DNA from: Paramoeba atlantica
Lineage: Eukaryota > Protista > Discosea
Assembly (NCBI GenBank): GCA_977017575.1
Contig: CDRNVI010000018.1
Span: forward strand, 124,001 to 188,000
Direction: 5' to 3'
DNA length: 64,000 nucleotides
Made by a program: the position numbers and the translations under genes. Positions 40,455-49,816 of this stretch are shown here, piece by piece. The notes beneath the pieces are model-generated. The model searched no databases. It saw nothing but the letters and a program-made list of their open reading frames with translations, and was not told where the DNA came from. Position 1 is the first letter of the stretch; the number at the start of each line of letters is the position of its first letter.

Positions 40455-43035
40455 TTTTTTTTTTTTTTTCTGAGCCTTCTCCCAAAGATCGTTCGTATTA
40501 TCCTAAATCTCGCAGGCATTCTAAACACGGATAATCGTTGTGAATAATAATAAGAACTTTTAAGAGCTTTTCTAATGTGCGAACTTGTTGGTCGACTCAC
40601 TGACGCAGTCCACCAATCCAATGTGCTTCTGGAATATACTCGCGGAGCTGCGATACAATAGTATACGCTGCTAGCTTTTCTATCTCGAGTTGGAAGGCCT
40701 CACGTACGTCTTCGTACTTTTGTTTGGCTCGTTGGGATAATGCCTTGAGGAGGGTTTTGGTGTCGTTGTGCAGAAGACCGCAGTCAGAGGCGGCCAGGCA
40801 ACGAAAAGAGTCGCTTTCTACGCCTTTCTCCGTAACGTACTTCTTGAATTTCTTGTCGAGCACGTGCTGCATCAGCGCTGTACTTGTTTGTTTGGCATAG
40901 CTGCTGCAACAAGTGTGAACAACGGTAAAATCATACAGGACCTCCCCCATGTGGGGCCACATAATAGCAAGATCAGGACCGGATCGGATTCTGCGGGCTT
41001 TGCAAGGATGATGTTCAGCTACTTCCGCTGAGATGGAACACTTGCACTTAGTACAGAAAAACGAAGAATGGATGCGCGGTTCGATAATACAAGGGAGACC
41101 AGCTTTGGAGCACAAATCTGCGAGGTACCTCACTATGTGTGAGTGCTTTCTGGTGCAATTCATGCCCGAGCACCGGGAGCATCCTGCGACGTGTGGTATA
41201 ATGCTGGTAGGAGATTCATGGCCACAGCATCCAGGGCATATAACATCGGCCGGTGCGTTATGTAATCCGATGCCCAAACGCATCATCAAAGTGTATCGGA
41301 AGAGGTACGGGTTTACATAATTGCTGGTGCTTTCTAAATGCATGTTTGATTCCTTTGTACGCTTCAATAAAAGTCCCATGTGAGAATCCTTCTGCAGCTC
41401 AGTTATCTGTTTATCGTGTTCTGCACTTAGCTTCTTTTTCAATAGCTTGCGCGCTGCCTCTCCTCGACTTTGCGGTTGTTTCACAGCTTTTTCGCTGCCT
41501 TTCTGATCTACCGGAGCGTTATTGGGTTTAAGGTGCTCATCAATAGATTTGCTGGCAGTTTCGAAGAAATGTTTTTGCTTCAGAGTCGAGGAAATTAAGC
41601 CTAGGCCACCGAGTTTCTGTGGTAGAGCGGCGAGTTTCAGGGCGTTTGCGTCTGCTCCACTCCACTTTTCTAGAACTTTGTTTACTTGGTTCTCGAAGGA
41701 TTGTGCTAGTTGGAAAGTAGCGCCTGGCCGATGTACTCGTAGATGGTAATCGTGCCGTGGAATCGTACAACGGCGGAGAATGGCAAGAGACAAATTACTG
41801 GGACCCATAAGCAACAACCTGCGGAATAGGCACTTGTGTTTCTCCATTTTCTTGATCAGCAGATTTTCCACGACTTGGTCTGTACCTACGTATGCGCCTA
41901 AGACTTTTATCGCATCACTGCAAAAGTTTACTCCAAGTTTTTCCAACGGAGGAGGCTGAGCTATGTTGGGAATGTTCTTCTGAAACCAATCGCATTTCTG
42001 GAAATTAATTCGGAGGTTCATCTCTGCGGCGATCTCACGCAGGTAAAAGAAAGCTGCCTCCAATGCTTGCACGTTTTTGGAGCTCAAAGTCACATCGTCT
42101 TGGTATGCTCGGATCTTCACGTCAGGATAGAGGTGCATGAGTTCTCGTAGCGGGCCTTGCAAAAGTGCGCAGAAGTACATTGATGAAAGTGCCGATCCTT
42201 GGCGAATTCCTGAAGAGCTTTCGATGGTAGCAAACAGAGCATTGTGCGCAAAAAATAGCAGCTCAGAGGGAATCCCATATTCTAGGTAGAATAGGCGCAT
42301 GAAAGGCTTGAAAATGGGATTACCAAGGAGTGCCTCAGCAATGGCGTTGCGTTGTGGTGTATTATACGCGTTGCTAAAATCGACGGTGAGGAGAGCATGT
42401 CCTTCTTCGTATTCATTTAAAAGTTCGTGAACGATGGACTCACATGCGTTTTTTTGCAAAATGCCTCGTTGAATTGGGGAGAAAAAATTTTGCAGAGCGT
42501 TTTCATGTCGTTGTAGAAGGATGGAGCCGCAAATCTTCAGAATGGTATCCCCCATCGCAATAGGTCGAATTCCATTTTGAGGTTTCGCTAGCGCGATGAT
42601 TCTGCATCGGGTTAGACGTTTTCGCACATTCAGAGGAACTTCGCCGTTGATGACATCCCGAAGCATGTGGCAAAGTGAAAGACATGACTCTTCGTCGTCT
42701 ACGAGCAGTCGCATCATGCTTTCACTCAGGCCGGTTGTAGAGAGATCATGATAGAGGAGATACTGAGAGAGACAATCTCTCTCCTCATCGGAATCATTCT
42801 CGGACTCTTGTGAGGTCGGCCTTGCATCAGAAAATTTTATCCTTGGCCGTCGGTAGTTGCTATGTACCTCGTGGTCGGCCCAGTTCGGCGATAATTCCTT
42901 TGCACTCATAATAACTCTCACACGGGGGGTTTTCTTTGGCTTATCGAGCGTTGATCCCCTCTTCATAATTTGTTCGGCGTTTTGCGTGTTCATACGAGTA
43001 AAAATAAAAATAAAAACAACAACAAGGTACAGAAA
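40455..43035 (-). mobile_element. CRE-4: SL-initiated CRE-like element with an in-frame internal deletion
   Basis: SL fragment 43020-43035; poly(A) about 40455-40469. Confidence 0.85.
40597..42993 (-). CDS. CRE-4 ORF (RT, CCHC, RLE)
   Basis: RPIAMGD, VDFSNAYN, GIRQGSALSS, AYQDD, CPGC...HVAGC, SGPDLAIMW, YDFTVVH; lacks the beta-rich domain (jump near 42760). Confidence 0.88.
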   Translation of the reverse strand: MNTQNAEQIMKRGSTLDKPKKTPRVRVIMSAKELSPNWADHEVHSNYRRPRIKFSDARPTSQESENDSDEERDCLSQYLLYHDLSTTGLSESMMRLLVDDEESCLSLCHMLRDVINGEVPLNVRKRLTRCRIIALAKPQNGIRPIAMGDTILKICGSILLQRHENALQNFFSPIQRGILQKNACESIVHELLNEYEEGHALLTVDFSNAYNTPQRNAIAEALLGNPIFKPFMRLFYLEYGIPSELLFFAHNALFATIESSSGIRQGSALSSMYFCALLQGPLRELMHLYPDVKIRAYQDDVTLSSKNVQALEAAFFYLREIAAEMNLRINFQKCDWFQKNIPNIAQPPPLEKLGVNFCSDAIKVLGAYVGTDQVVENLLIKKMEKHKCLFRRLLLMGPSNLSLAILRRCTIPRHDYHLRVHRPGATFQLAQSFENQVNKVLEKWSGADANALKLAALPQKLGGLGLISSTLKQKHFFETASKSIDEHLKPNNAPVDQKGSEKAVKQPQSRGEAARKLLKKKLSAEHDKQITELQKDSHMGLLLKRTKESNMHLESTSNYVNPYLFRYTLMMRLGIGLHNAPADVICPGCCGHESPTSIIPHVAGCSRCSGMNCTRKHSHIVRYLADLCSKAGLPCIIEPRIHSSFFCTKCKCSISAEVAEHHPCKARRIRSGPDLAIMWPHMGEVLYDFTVVHTCCSSYAKQTSTALMQHVLDKKFKKYVTEKGVESDSFRCLAASDCGLLHNDTKTLLKALSQRAKQKYEDVREAFQLEIEKLAAYTIVSQLREYIPEAHWIGGLRQ

Positions 43036-43834
43036 GAGTTGCTTTGCCAAGGTTTCCTGCCCGCGCCGTCTGTAGGGCGTGCCTGATCGAACGCCTGTCA
43101 ATTTCTAACTCCGCCCGTTGTTCCGCACTCAAGTTGCTAGCTTCCAAGTTTTCTCGGTCGTTGCGAACATGAGCTACTTTTTGGTTTCGTCGAATTGCTT
43201 GACGTACTGTCGCAAGTGAATCGCGAGGCGCATTCAAAAATTTGTGCCATATCGCCTCTTTTTCTGAGTCAAGCTCCGCCGCTGCATATCCCCGAATTAT
43301 CGCACGGAAAATCGCCACAACATGAACCGCGAAAGATGGGTCTATTTGAGCCATAGGCGGGAGCGGATCAAGGTCACTCTGACCGTCTTCGCATGAGATG
43401 TGCTCCGCTTGTTCCTCCAAATTTTGTGTCGGCATCTCGATTTTGAATAACTTAGTGGCTTGGAGGTTACAGATTCTGATTTTATTGGACGGTGGAAGAT
43501 AAAGAAAACCGCATGGACCATCGTGACCTAGAGCCGGCTCGTATGAAATCTTGACTTTCACGGTTGATTTTCGCACGGTCCTGCCTACAACGATGCCGTT
43601 TGACTTGTAGTTTGTAGTGTTCTGTCGGAAGCCCCATTCGATCACACATTCTGTACCCTTGCCCCACTTGGAAACGATGTTGTACACTTGGTCGGGCGAT
43701 TTGTTGCCGGCCTGTGTCATTAGCTCCTGTACTCGATCTTGCGTCGATCCATCGTCGTCCAGACACATTGTATCACTGGTCTCGCTTTCTGTTGCGGACA
43801 TTTCTTTGGCTGTGAGTTTCAACTCTATCTTCAT
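43036..43834 (-). pseudogene. CRE-5 N-terminal fragment
   Basis: KWGKGTECVIEWGF...KISYEP...YLPPSNKI; WHKFLNAPRD; cut at ARAGNLGKAT. Confidence 0.8.
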
Positions 43835-44146
43835 TTTTTTTTTTTTTTTTTTTGGTGCGCGTCTAAAGCGGCAAAAACATTTTTTTTTTTTTTTTTGCTG
43901 TGAGAAGTGGACATGACAATAATCGTGAAGTATAAAAAGCATATCAAGCACTACTACTTTCAAGCCTTCAACATTAGAAGGACGCACGATCTGTTTGCTG
44001 CAACTCGCAGCCTTTGACTACTCACCTTCACACTTCTTTCCAACTTCCCTAATACTGCCGCTCTGCACGTCTTCTTGGAGAGCCTCCATTTTTATCCTCT
44101 CAGTCTTAAAAAGCGTAAGGAGAAATTGAACCTGGTGGATCGACAG

Positions 44147-44456
44147 CCCGAGCTGAAAGGGAGTTTTGGGCGCTCTAGAGTTATCGCTCCATCTGGGAAC
44201 ATTTTTCACACGCACGCAATAGACGTTTATCGTAGCAGGGGGCTTCAAGAGCTTCGGTTGCGTGAGGGAGGGATGCAGAGACATTTGATGAATCTCAGCA
44301 GGGCCCGAGCTGAAAAAGATTTTTGGCGCTCTAGAGACCCACTGATTCCTCATCCGTACAACTGAACCCTTCGATTCCTGTGTGAACAAGCTTGCCCGGC
44401 ACTTTCGAAGAATACCAGCAAAACCCGAGCTGAAAAAGATTTTTGGCGCTCGAGAG
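44147..44456. repeat. Three spaced 33-bp self-complementary repeats
   Basis: cccgagctgaaaaagatttttggcgctc(t/g)agag at 44304 and 44424; a diverged copy at 44147. Confidence 0.8.
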
Positions 44457-45405
44457 TTCCACCGCTTTTGCTTCAGTGTTCCTGGACCCCTTGTTCCTTT
44501 AAGCGAAGCGCGTTTCGACAATTCATGCAACAGGTGCAGAGAAGACATGAACCTCACCCTCCCAACTTCTTTTTTTTTTTCACCAACTTGAAAAACATTC
44601 TCGGAGGCATTTCTCCTGTGAAATCCTATAAGCTCCCTACAGCAGGAAGCCACGTAGGAAAATGAGAAATGTGCTCCTTCCCCCCTTCTCTCAATTTTCG
44701 AAGATAAACTATCTCCGTATAAAATAGAAAATATATAATAGAAATCCACGCCGAGGGGCTCCATGAAAACATATACGTAAACAAACAAATATAAGTAAAC
44801 AACTATGACTAATATAATCACACAGCGAAATCGTCCCGAAATCCAAGAACGTATAGTAGATAGAATTCACACGCTTATACCTCGTTCAAAAGAAAGCCTG
44901 CATAAAACCAAAAATCATATGTCACGTTGTTAACGGGGTTCCCCCCCACCGGAACCCTCGGCCAACCTGCCCACACACACGTCACACAATCAATATAAAT
45001 AAACAAAAGAAATGCCCAATCACATAGTAAAATAATTTTTCATATACCATCCCAGAACTCACAAAAGGATAACGATAGCAATAGATGACCAGTCCACTGC
45101 CACGCCCTTTACAAGCTCACACGAGCTACGCAGGTTACGTTTTTATCCTCTGCCCTAGACCAACTTGTGTACCTAGAAGTGTGGAGCAACTAGGCGTGAT
45201 GCGTAGGGCCGTGTCAACAGTGACGCGGCTAAAAACATTAAGGCGCTAACCGAAGTGCAAAGGAAACCTTTACTCATCCCTACCTCACATTGGGGAACCT
45301 TGCTTCCGAAAAAACAAGGAGTGAGAATAAAGACCTGTTAACCGATTAACATCCATAACCTTCCAAAATTATAGGGACAACCTCCATACCCCAGGACCCC
45401 GTCCG

Positions 45406-45417
<12 letters not shown>

Positions 45418-45439
<22 letters not shown>

Positions 45440-45520
45440 TCTTTGTTTTTTTGTCTTTGTTTTTTTGTCTTTGTTTTTTTGTCTTTGTTTTTTTTCTTTT
45501 TTTCTTGTCTTTTTTTTTTG
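45418..45520. repeat. Internal poly(T)/(ttgtctttgtttt)n tract after the pol stop
   Basis: Uninterrupted here; carries insertions in A1 and A2. Confidence 0.85.
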
Positions 45521-45539
45521 TATTTGGTGATCCTGTCCC

Positions 45540-48500
45540 TTAGGGTTTTCTCTGAATATGACTGTCTACATCACTAATGTCTCTCTCGATCTTACCTTCA
45601 TATCTCTTGACCTTCTCCATCTCAATATCCTTCCCGCGACTGACAGCATCCGCCGGGTTCTCATCCGTGGATATATACGCTGCCTTGACACAAATACCTT
45701 TCTCCTCTGTCAGTCGCAGGACTTCGCGCAATTCCATTGAAACCCCCTCTGACTTGGAGATCCTCCTGTTCAGTGCAGCCTGACAGGAGGTGTTATCAAC
45801 AAAAACATCCAAGCAGGTTCCACGGGGGCAATGCGCGGAAAACTTCTCGAGGGCTAAGCGGACTGCTGCAGCTTCCGCACGATTCACCTCATACGAGGAT
45901 GACTCAGGCCACGCCTCTCCCGTAATCAAAACCTCTCCGCTGTCTAAATACATAATCGCTCCCCACCCTTTCACCGAGGCATCGGTGTAGAGACGATGCT
46001 TGTGTGGAACAACATCGGGATGGGGAGGTGGAGACCGTGGAACATTCTCCAACAACTCGTTTCTCCACTCTGCTAGCATGGAGCGAGTGACGACAGGGAG
46101 TGCGACCGGACGGTCACATAACTTCGGGCAACGGTTCAACAAGTTGATACGCCGTTGCGCCACCTTCAAAGCGAAATAAAACCGCGGCATATTGAGTCGG
46201 AGAACTGCGGAGCCATAAATGAGGCGCCCCACCACCGCCTCTAGGTCAACAAAGGAAATGTTGAAGAAAGAGTCGGCTCGCAGTTTCCTGATCACTCGCG
46301 GTCCCAGGCAGACCGTATGCGCGTTATGGTCGAACGCCACCCCATTGAAGACGTACCGTGCTACAGGGGGCTGACCCCGATCTTTGAAAAGACCGTTCGC
46401 CTTGTCGCAACGCTCGTCAATGAACTGAGCGTACGTGGTGGCCTCGGAGTCGGTTCCTGCAAACCGAACTCCGTCAACATAAACGTCGATAGCGCCTCGG
46501 TGAAACGAGTAGCGCTGAGAACAAATCGACGCCTCGCCAGCAATCGCGGCGGTAACCGTGTGCATAACCTCCGGTGCACACCTATGGCCCATCGGGAGGA
46601 CGTTCATCTCATACACGTCTCCACTGTTCGTTCTAAGGCGGAATTTGGGCCGCGCCCTCTTCGGGATACCAATCTGGTAAAACCCGCATGTGAAGTCCCG
46701 CTTCACAGCCATCGGCTCGTGCGCCTTATGAAGATACTTGGAGGGATGATATAATGGGACCTTTGGTTCATATGATTTTAATCTATCGTTATCGTCCCTT
46801 GTCCATGAAATAAATCTTCTGCGCTGATTGCCCTCATCATCGGTCTCCACAACCGTGAAGGGAATCATGAACTGCACCGATGGGCGCTTTCTCAACTCCT
46901 GCGCCGGGACCTTAGAGATTATGCCTGCGTCCTCCAACAATCGGACGTCCGCCTCAGGCAACGAACCTTTCACACTAGGTTCGGGGTACGGGGCTTTAGG
47001 TACCCATAATAGTTCATCCACTACCTTGCGAAAACGAGTGGCAGCTGACATACTCATCCACTCCTTAACCTGATCCAAATGGATAACAGGTATCGACTTC
47101 TTAACGTGCAAAGGTAGGTGAGCGTCGTGTGCCTTGGCTAGCCGTGAAGAGCGGCGTGCACAAACAACGGAGTGCCTGCGAAGGTAAGGCACTTCCTCGA
47201 AGCACTTTGCCACGTGCTCCGAGGTTACAGCACTGGGAGACGTGCTGAGACTCTCTGCGTCCCGAGAGCCCTTGCCGTTGTAATACTGCTTGCGTTGTAG
47301 CGCAGCAGTGATTCGACGTTGAGGTGTTTCGTGAGGTTCTGGACGTCCTCCATCCTGAGATTCCCGAGGGAGATCTCGTGAAACAGGCAAGTTATTGCAC
47401 CTCTTTTTATGGAATGCGTTCCATACCCCGGACCGAGAAGCTGATTCATCCTGTGGTCCATCTCCCGGACCGTCGTGTAACACAGGCGTTGGCCTGGTCT
47501 CAAACTTCCCACAAACTGAGCCAGTTCGGGTGTCCCCGGTCCAGTCACTATCGCGTAGAGGTACGGCCGGTAAGGATTCAGACGGGTTGTCTTGGTCCCC
47601 CTGCCCCAATAAATGACTACCTCGTGACTGGCCACACTCACAAACTGCTCCCGCCTCAGGTCGGCGGTCTCGGTCCATCTCGCAGCGGCTTTCCAACACA
47701 GGAGGCAACACATGCTCTCCTTTACGTCGAGGTGACGTCTCAGCTTCTTTAGAAGAAGTGGCGTGATTGGTAGCATCTGCCGCGTGGGTTCTAGCCCCCC
47801 CTGCGCCTGCAGGGCCTTTACGTAGAGACTCAATGGGGTACCTTCGATTCCCATGAGCTCGAACAGAGTCCTCAATGCCCCTGCGTACCCCATGCGCGTC
47901 GAGGTAGCGAGAGGCAGAGTCTCTAGGAAGAGCACCGCGTTTGCAGGATTCGCGGTGATTCCCTTCGCCTGGCAATACTCGCGCAGGCGGAACCACAATC
48001 GCTCCCTTGTGGCCCACGTGGCCGTCGCCCACATGGGCTGGAGCGCCTCGTTCATCTGGGTGGCGCGCGGGTCCTCGGGGGGCATTCGAAGAATCGCCCT
48101 CAGCAACTCCTGGCGGCGTCTCCCTGGCGGCTGTGCGGCGTCGGCGGTTACGACGGCGGCGGTTTTGGCGGCGGCCGTCTTGGCGGCGGCGTAAACGGGA
48201 ACGGGAAGCCGGGGTAGAGGACGGATTGGGAGGGAGACGCTTCTGCGCCTTAGACGTAACGGGGAGAGAGGGCGGGGAGGAGGAGTAGTACCACGCACGC
48301 GTGGCCGTCTTTCGCGCTGGCGGAGAGACGGGGAGGAAACAGGGGTAAGAATATCCACCCGTCGTCGCCTGGGACGACGGGCACGAGCAGTAATTGGGGT
48401 GGGGGGCATTTCCTAGTGGAAAGCCCGTGTTGCGCCGTAACGGTTGGCGCCGCCCACCACCCCGCCTCGAAAATCCTGGGCTGGGGTTCGTTGGCTGCGG

Positions 48501-48575
48501 AACTGTCCCCCTTGGTGTTGAGATGATTGGGGACAGTTTGAGCGGAAGTGGCCAGACTGGTGGCACGCGAAGCAA
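45540..48575 (-). CDS. Pol (RT + RNase H) of A3, overlapping YR and the gag 3' end
   Basis: 1011-aa open frame with RT and RNase H motifs. Confidence 0.92.
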   Translation of the reverse strand: MLRVPPVWPLPLKLSPIISTPRGTVPQPTNPSPGFSRRGGGRRQPLRRNTGFPLGNAPHPNYCSCPSSQATTGGYSYPCFLPVSPPARKTATRAWYYSSSPPSLPVTSKAQKRLPPNPSSTPASRSRLRRRQDGRRQNRRRRNRRRRTAARETPPGVAEGDSSNAPRGPARHPDERGAPAHVGDGHVGHKGAIVVPPARVLPGEGNHRESCKRGALPRDSASRYLDAHGVRRGIEDSVRAHGNRRYPIESLRKGPAGAGGARTHAADATNHATSSKEAETSPRRKGEHVLPPVLESRCEMDRDRRPEAGAVCECGQSRGSHLLGQGDQDNPSESLPAVPLRDSDWTGDTRTGSVCGKFETRPTPVLHDGPGDGPQDESASRSGVWNAFHKKRCNNLPVSRDLPRESQDGGRPEPHETPQRRITAALQRKQYYNGKGSRDAESLSTSPSAVTSEHVAKCFEEVPYLRRHSVVCARRSSRLAKAHDAHLPLHVKKSIPVIHLDQVKEWMSMSAATRFRKVVDELLWVPKAPYPEPSVKGSLPEADVRLLEDAGIISKVPAQELRKRPSVQFMIPFTVVETDDEGNQRRRFISWTRDDNDRLKSYEPKVPLYHPSKYLHKAHEPMAVKRDFTCGFYQIGIPKRARPKFRLRTNSGDVYEMNVLPMGHRCAPEVMHTVTAAIAGEASICSQRYSFHRGAIDVYVDGVRFAGTDSEATTYAQFIDERCDKANGLFKDRGQPPVARYVFNGVAFDHNAHTVCLGPRVIRKLRADSFFNISFVDLEAVVGRLIYGSAVLRLNMPRFYFALKVAQRRINLLNRCPKLCDRPVALPVVTRSMLAEWRNELLENVPRSPPPHPDVVPHKHRLYTDASVKGWGAIMYLDSGEVLITGEAWPESSSYEVNRAEAAAVRLALEKFSAHCPRGTCLDVFVDNTSCQAALNRRISKSEGVSMELREVLRLTEEKGICVKAAYISTDENPADAVSRGKDIEMEKVKRYEGKIERDISDVDSHIQRKP
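47225..48409 (-). CDS. Tyrosine recombinase of A3
   Basis: AARWTE, HSIKRGA, KHLNVESLLRY. Confidence 0.93.
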   Translation of the reverse strand: MPPTPITARARRPRRRRVDILTPVSSPSLRQRERRPRVRGTTPPPRPLSPLRLRRRSVSLPIRPLPRLPVPVYAAAKTAAAKTAAVVTADAAQPPGRRRQELLRAILRMPPEDPRATQMNEALQPMWATATWATRERLWFRLREYCQAKGITANPANAVLFLETLPLATSTRMGYAGALRTLFELMGIEGTPLSLYVKALQAQGGLEPTRQMLPITPLLLKKLRRHLDVKESMCCLLCWKAAARWTETADLRREQFVSVASHEVVIYWGRGTKTTRLNPYRPYLYAIVTGPGTPELAQFVGSLRPGQRLCYTTVREMDHRMNQLLGPGYGTHSIKRGAITCLFHEISLGNLRMEDVQNLTKHLNVESLLRYNASSITTARALGTQRVSARLPVL

Positions 48576-49816
48576 TATGGCGCCTGGGTTCGTCGGCGGG
48601 GAGCACGCTGAGCGGTTCGGCCCCTCAGTTGCTCGTCCACAACAAGCTGACCATAGCGGTCCTGAGGGTCGTCGTCACGGTGCAACCGCTGTTGCACACG
48701 CTCGACAGCAACGCCCGCCGCAGCCCAATAATGGTTGCGAAGCTCTTCGATGATGAGAAGGGCTACGGCGAGGTTGTGCTTCTCTAGCCATCCCTCCGTA
48801 TTGCACGCAGCGTACACCCATTCAGTTAACATTTTGAACAGGCGCTCACGCTGCGGCGGCGGGTTGAAGCGTACCCCAAGCTGCGGAGCTTCGCGCAGCT
48901 CACGGATGAGTTCACGTGGCTTGAACAAATCATCCGTGTCGATCCACGGTTGCCAAGTAACCGGATCGTAGGGGGAGAAGCCTTTCGGGTCCGTAATACG
49001 GACGCGTTCAAACGTGGGGATCAGATCTTCAACTGGTTTCCCACCCGGCATCTGCGCCCGAACATGGGCCAGTTCCAAAGAGTGGTAGTTGATCTCGGGA
49101 TGGGGAAAACGATAGGCAGTGTTCTTGTCCCCATCCCACTCGGCGAACAACTCAGTTGAGTTAGGGTCCTTAGGATGCGTCATATGCACCAACCCTATAA
49201 CCGTCTGCCGTAGGCCGTCACGGGGAAGGGACCATACAGCCTCGACGGTGACCTCTTAGTCCTTGCGCAGAAGCTCAATCACTTTCGTGATGAACTCTTC
49301 TTTGCTGGATTGTGTCATGATCCCACGCGCATCACAGCGTGAACGCTGAGGCATCCCGACGTGGTCAATGTCAAGGGCCTCGTAACGGCGCGGCGAGCGA
49401 GAAGCCTCAACCTGGTCAGGGTTAAGGGTTCCTCTTCGTCGCATATGGGGCTCGGGAGCCTCCAGCGGAAATGGGTACGGGCTAGGGAGGGAGCTCGCAG
49501 GCAAACTGGGAAGGTTGGAAGGGAGAGGGCTAGGCGGTTCGCGGGCGGGGCTGAGCGCTCTACCAGAAGGGCGTACCTTTCGGCGCGCTGGGACAGGAGT
49601 AGGGGGAATCGGAGGAGGTCGCACGGATACCTGCGGAGCCGGCTGCGTGGGGAGAGGAGGGAGAGGGGGGCGCACGGGAGGGCACGAAAGGGACTGACGC
49701 TTGGAATGGTCTTGGAAAGAGGAGGTCTGAATGGGTGTCGGCGCCCTATTCCGCTTCGGTGATCTATCGCGCTCCTGTCGTGGCTCCGACGGAGCCCGCA
49801 ATCGTTGGGATCTCAT
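48413..49816 (-). pseudogene. Gag of A3 with premature TAA at 49256
   Basis: Same Tyr-to-TAA change as A1; knuckle CFACHQSGHFRSNC. Confidence 0.88.

Noticed and set aside
44147-44456. CRISPR array
   Set aside because: Only three repeats, 87-124 bp uneven spacers, eukaryotic context, no cas genes.
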